NCBI GenBank assembly: GCA_031763465.1
Contig: JARFOE010000001.1
Coordinates: 17,975,075-18,012,636, forward strand
Direction of reading: 5' to 3'
Length of the DNA stretch: 37,562 bases
From: Squatina squatina
Lineage: Eukaryota
Shown: positions 34,391 through 37,562 of the stretch, in pieces
Position numbering within the stretch: the stretch's first letter is position 1
Layout of the letters: each line of letters starts with the position of its first letter
Translations under genes and position numbers: made by a program
Notes under the pieces: generated by a model
Database searches by the model: none
Told to the model about the DNA's origin: nothing
What the model saw: the letters and a program-made list of their open reading frames with translations, nothing else

Positions 34391-35085
34391 TTACCTTCTA
34401 ATCTATTTTCCCAGCCCACTTTGGCCAACTCTCTCTCCTCATTCCTTTTAATTGCTCTTACTTAAGTTTAATACATGAGTTTCAGACTTAAGTTTCTCAC
34501 CCTAAAACAGAATGTGAAATTCTATCATATTATGATCACTGTTTCCTAGAGGATCTTTTACTTTGAGATCATTGATTAACCCTGATTACCAGATCTAAAA
34601 TAGCATGTACCCTGGTTGGTTCCACACATATTGCTCTAAGAAACTGTCCTGAATATCCTCTATGAACTCGTCCTCAAGGTTACCTTTGCCATTTGATTTG
34701 TCCAATCTATAGGAAGATTAAAATTGCCCATGATTTTTTTTACAAGCCCCCATTATTTCTTGATTTATACTCTGTCCTATAGTGTAGCTACTGTTAGGGG
34801 GCATATAGAGTACTCCCACCAGTGAGTGTTGCTATTTCTTACCTCCATCCAAATGGATTCTACATCTTGACCCTCTGAGCCAAGATCATTTCTCAATATT
34901 GTACTCATTTCATCCTTTATTAACAGTGCTACCCCACCCTCTCGTCCTTTCTGCCTATCCTTCTGAAATGTCAAATACCCCTAAATATTCAGTTCCCAGC
35001 CTTGGTCACCTTGCTTGCACGCCTCTGTAATGGCTATCAGATCACACTTATTTATTTCTATTTGTGCCGTCAGCCTGTCCCACAC
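34391..35085 (-). mobile_element. CR1 ORF2 N-terminal fragment (APE endonuclease)
   Basis: LTAQIEINKCDLIAITEA..QGDQGWELNI and TFQKDRQKGREGGVALLIKDE...VESIWMEVRNS. Frameshifted. Confidence 0.88.
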
Positions 35086-35654
35086 AACTGCGATGCTCCG
35101 TACCAGTAGCCAACATTTGGCGATGATGTGAAANNNNNNNNNNNNNNNNNNNNNNNNNNNNNNNNNNNNNNNNNNNNNNNNNNNNNNNNNNNNNNNNNNN
35201 NNNNNNNNNNNNNNNNNNNNNNNNNNNNNNNNNGGCACGTAGGAAGGTCTGCAGATACATTGGTGATGACAGATAGTTTCCATGTTGGCTCAATTTAAAG
35301 TTCACTTCAATCAGGGGAATATTTACTAATGGGTAATCACATAAAAGAGGTAACCCTTTGGAACATCTGATTGCATTCGCTTGTATCTTTCAAGCAGTTT
35401 TTACACAGAACTGCATGACAGGCTAAAAATTTTGGACAGTTGAAATATTGTTACAATTTCTTTAAGTAGAAAATACGGATGAGAAGAAACAAGTATAAAC
35501 ATAGAAAGCAAACGTGCAGATTGACTACTGTGTGGGTGGCAATTAAACAAAACATATTTGGAAAATGTGACAAAAGAAGATGTTGAAAACATACATCAAG
35601 TATAAGGCATACACAATATGTGTGAATATGAGCCATATTGCTTACAGTTAGAAA

Positions 35655-35870
35655 TCAAATCAGAAAATGTTGGAAGTGCACAGCAGGTCACATGGCATCT
35701 AGAAAGAGAAAAGGTAGGTTTTAATGTCTTGTGTATGTAGCCTTCATCAAAACATAGCTGAAATGCCAAAATGTGCCTTGTTCCTTTAAAGATGCTTACT
35801 GAATTTTTGTGTATTTCCAGGATTTTCTGTTTTCATTTCAGTATTCCAGTATTTACAGTTTTTCTTTTTA
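35655..35870. mobile_element. Inverted pair of degraded Penelope-type termini
   Basis: AAATCAGAAAATGTTGGAAGTGCAC at the left mirrors GTGTATTTCCAGGATTTTCTGTTTT at the right. Confidence 0.55.
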
Positions 35871-35944
35871 GCCGCCTACAGTCTTACAATTTTAGTCACA
35901 TAGACCCTGAGGCCTTTAATTCTTTGTTCATACATGTAGAATAG

Positions 35945-36622
35945 TGTACCGTGACAGGTTAATTCGCTTGGCATAAGCAGAGAACATGATGGGATAGTTA
36001 GCATATAACACGAAGGGACAAAATGTGTACATGCAGCGTAACACAAACTGTGAACAGGACAAGGACAGCTGGTGTAAATTGTAACTAGCTGCTTAAGTAC
36101 AACTAACTTGAATACTTATTATAGATAATTTTAGAAATAGGTTTAGATAATCATAAGAAGAACAATGTGAAGAGATAGTGCCAAAGTTAGTTAAGTAAAT
36201 AAAGCATTGCATATAGAGCAATACTAGGATGAGTATAATAAGGAAAGGAATCCAGGATTCAGCCGCCTTGAAGACTGGTCTAGATAGGAATTGGGGTCCC
36301 TAGTGCACACAGTTTTGTGTCAAAAGCAGTCACATGACATCTATTGCATCAGTAGCAGTGACAGTTGCAGACAAAGAATCAGTACAAGTAGGTGTGCTTC
36401 AGGAAAGGTATAAATATGTAATGAAACCATCTATTAGGTAAACCTAACATTAGGAGCAGCCTGGATTAGTGATGCTGTAACCCACAATTAGTCTCCTATT
36501 GGTGAATGTATAGGCATATAGCTTGCCTGTATTACTCATGTGCATTGTCTAATAAAACCTATGAAGTTGATCTGATTCCTGGGCCTCAGACCTTATTTAA
36601 AATTATGGATCACTTCACAACA
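35945..36622 (+). mobile_element. Possible solo LTR
   Basis: TATAAA at ~36408, AATAAA at ~36551 and an ACTTCACA(ACA) end in LTR-like order. Start and TSD not established. Confidence 0.3.
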
Positions 36623-37562
36623 ATGCACACCAGAGATGTTTCATCCAAAATGTATTGCATTGTTTCCTCGAAGATTTCAATCCTTATCTCTCTCTATAAA
36701 GTACGAGTTTTTCTGAGACCCGATTCCTACTCCAGTTTCCGCAGAAGGTTTTCCTAGCACCGTTGTCATTCTCAAGTCTGAAATACTTCATGTTTGATAG
36801 GTGATACTTATCGTAGCTCCAGCCCTCCAAACACTTTGGCCGTAATGTTTTACTTGTGCGTCAGTCGCCACTCAGAGCGACTTTCACTTAATGGCCCCAA
36901 TTGAAAGACTCATGCGCCTTTCCTGGCCCTATTAAATGGTGCAGGNNNNNNNNNNNNNNNNNNNNNNNNNNNNNNNNNNNNNNNNNNNNNNNNNNNNNNN
37001 NNNNNNNNNNNNNNNNNNNNNNNNNNNNNNNNNNNNNNNNNNNNNTCCTCATGCTGGGTTCTCACTGCTGGTGGTTTTTAAGGTAGTAGATGAATCAACA
37101 TCTGTTGTTCTGAATGATGCAGCTCTAGCCTCGTGAATTCATGTGTATGTTTCCAAACTAGGAAAAACAGCAATTTGCACCGAGAAAATGACTGTACCTA
37201 TCATTCTGTATGTTTTGTGGAGCTGTAGCTATGTTATCAAAAACTAAATAATCATCTGACAAGATATAAGTGCTTTCTGACTAAAATCTGATAAATCAGT
37301 TTCTGTGACATGGGCCTTGTCAACAGGCTATTTTTCAGCATGACCTTTGAATCTCACCCATTACTATTACTGGTATTACTAAAAGCTATTATGTTAAAGG
37401 GGCAATTAAGGGGGAGCCTTCCCAAAAGTAACCACAATTTGGAAATTCAGAGCCACACTGCATACAATTTTCCACAACATTCATTTATATGGTTAGAAAA
37501 TAATGTGCAGTCTGCTGCTGAATTTCCCACATGTATTTCATTTTTCTATTAAAAATCTGCAG

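Overview
Eukaryotic, repeat-rich genomic DNA, most likely from a cartilaginous fish (shark), judged from a DeuSINE/SacSINE1-type SINE and shark-type CR1, L2, RTE, Penelope, Gypsy and Harbinger/Myb-SANT relics. It is a scaffold of ~0.5-3 kb contigs joined mostly by fixed 100-N gaps, so adjacency across gaps is unproven and every ORF spanning X runs is an artefact. No host gene could be named. The clear anomaly is ~550 bp of GC- and CpG-rich bacterial-type DNA at 14173-~14725. It encodes the uninterrupted catalytic C-terminus of an HP1/186/P2-family phage tyrosine integrase and runs with no gap into a decayed shark-type L2 fragment. Contamination or a chimeric contig is the most likely explanation, but horizontal transfer is not excluded. 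Also present: a 28-bp minisatellite (~1.07 kb, not CRISPR), a diverged ~300-bp local duplication with ETS/RUNX-like motifs, a decayed spliced Harbinger Myb/SANT gene, a palindromic MITE and several weak exon or enhancer candidates. The sequence does not support a complete novel biological system. Repeat family names come from recalled motifs, not database searches.
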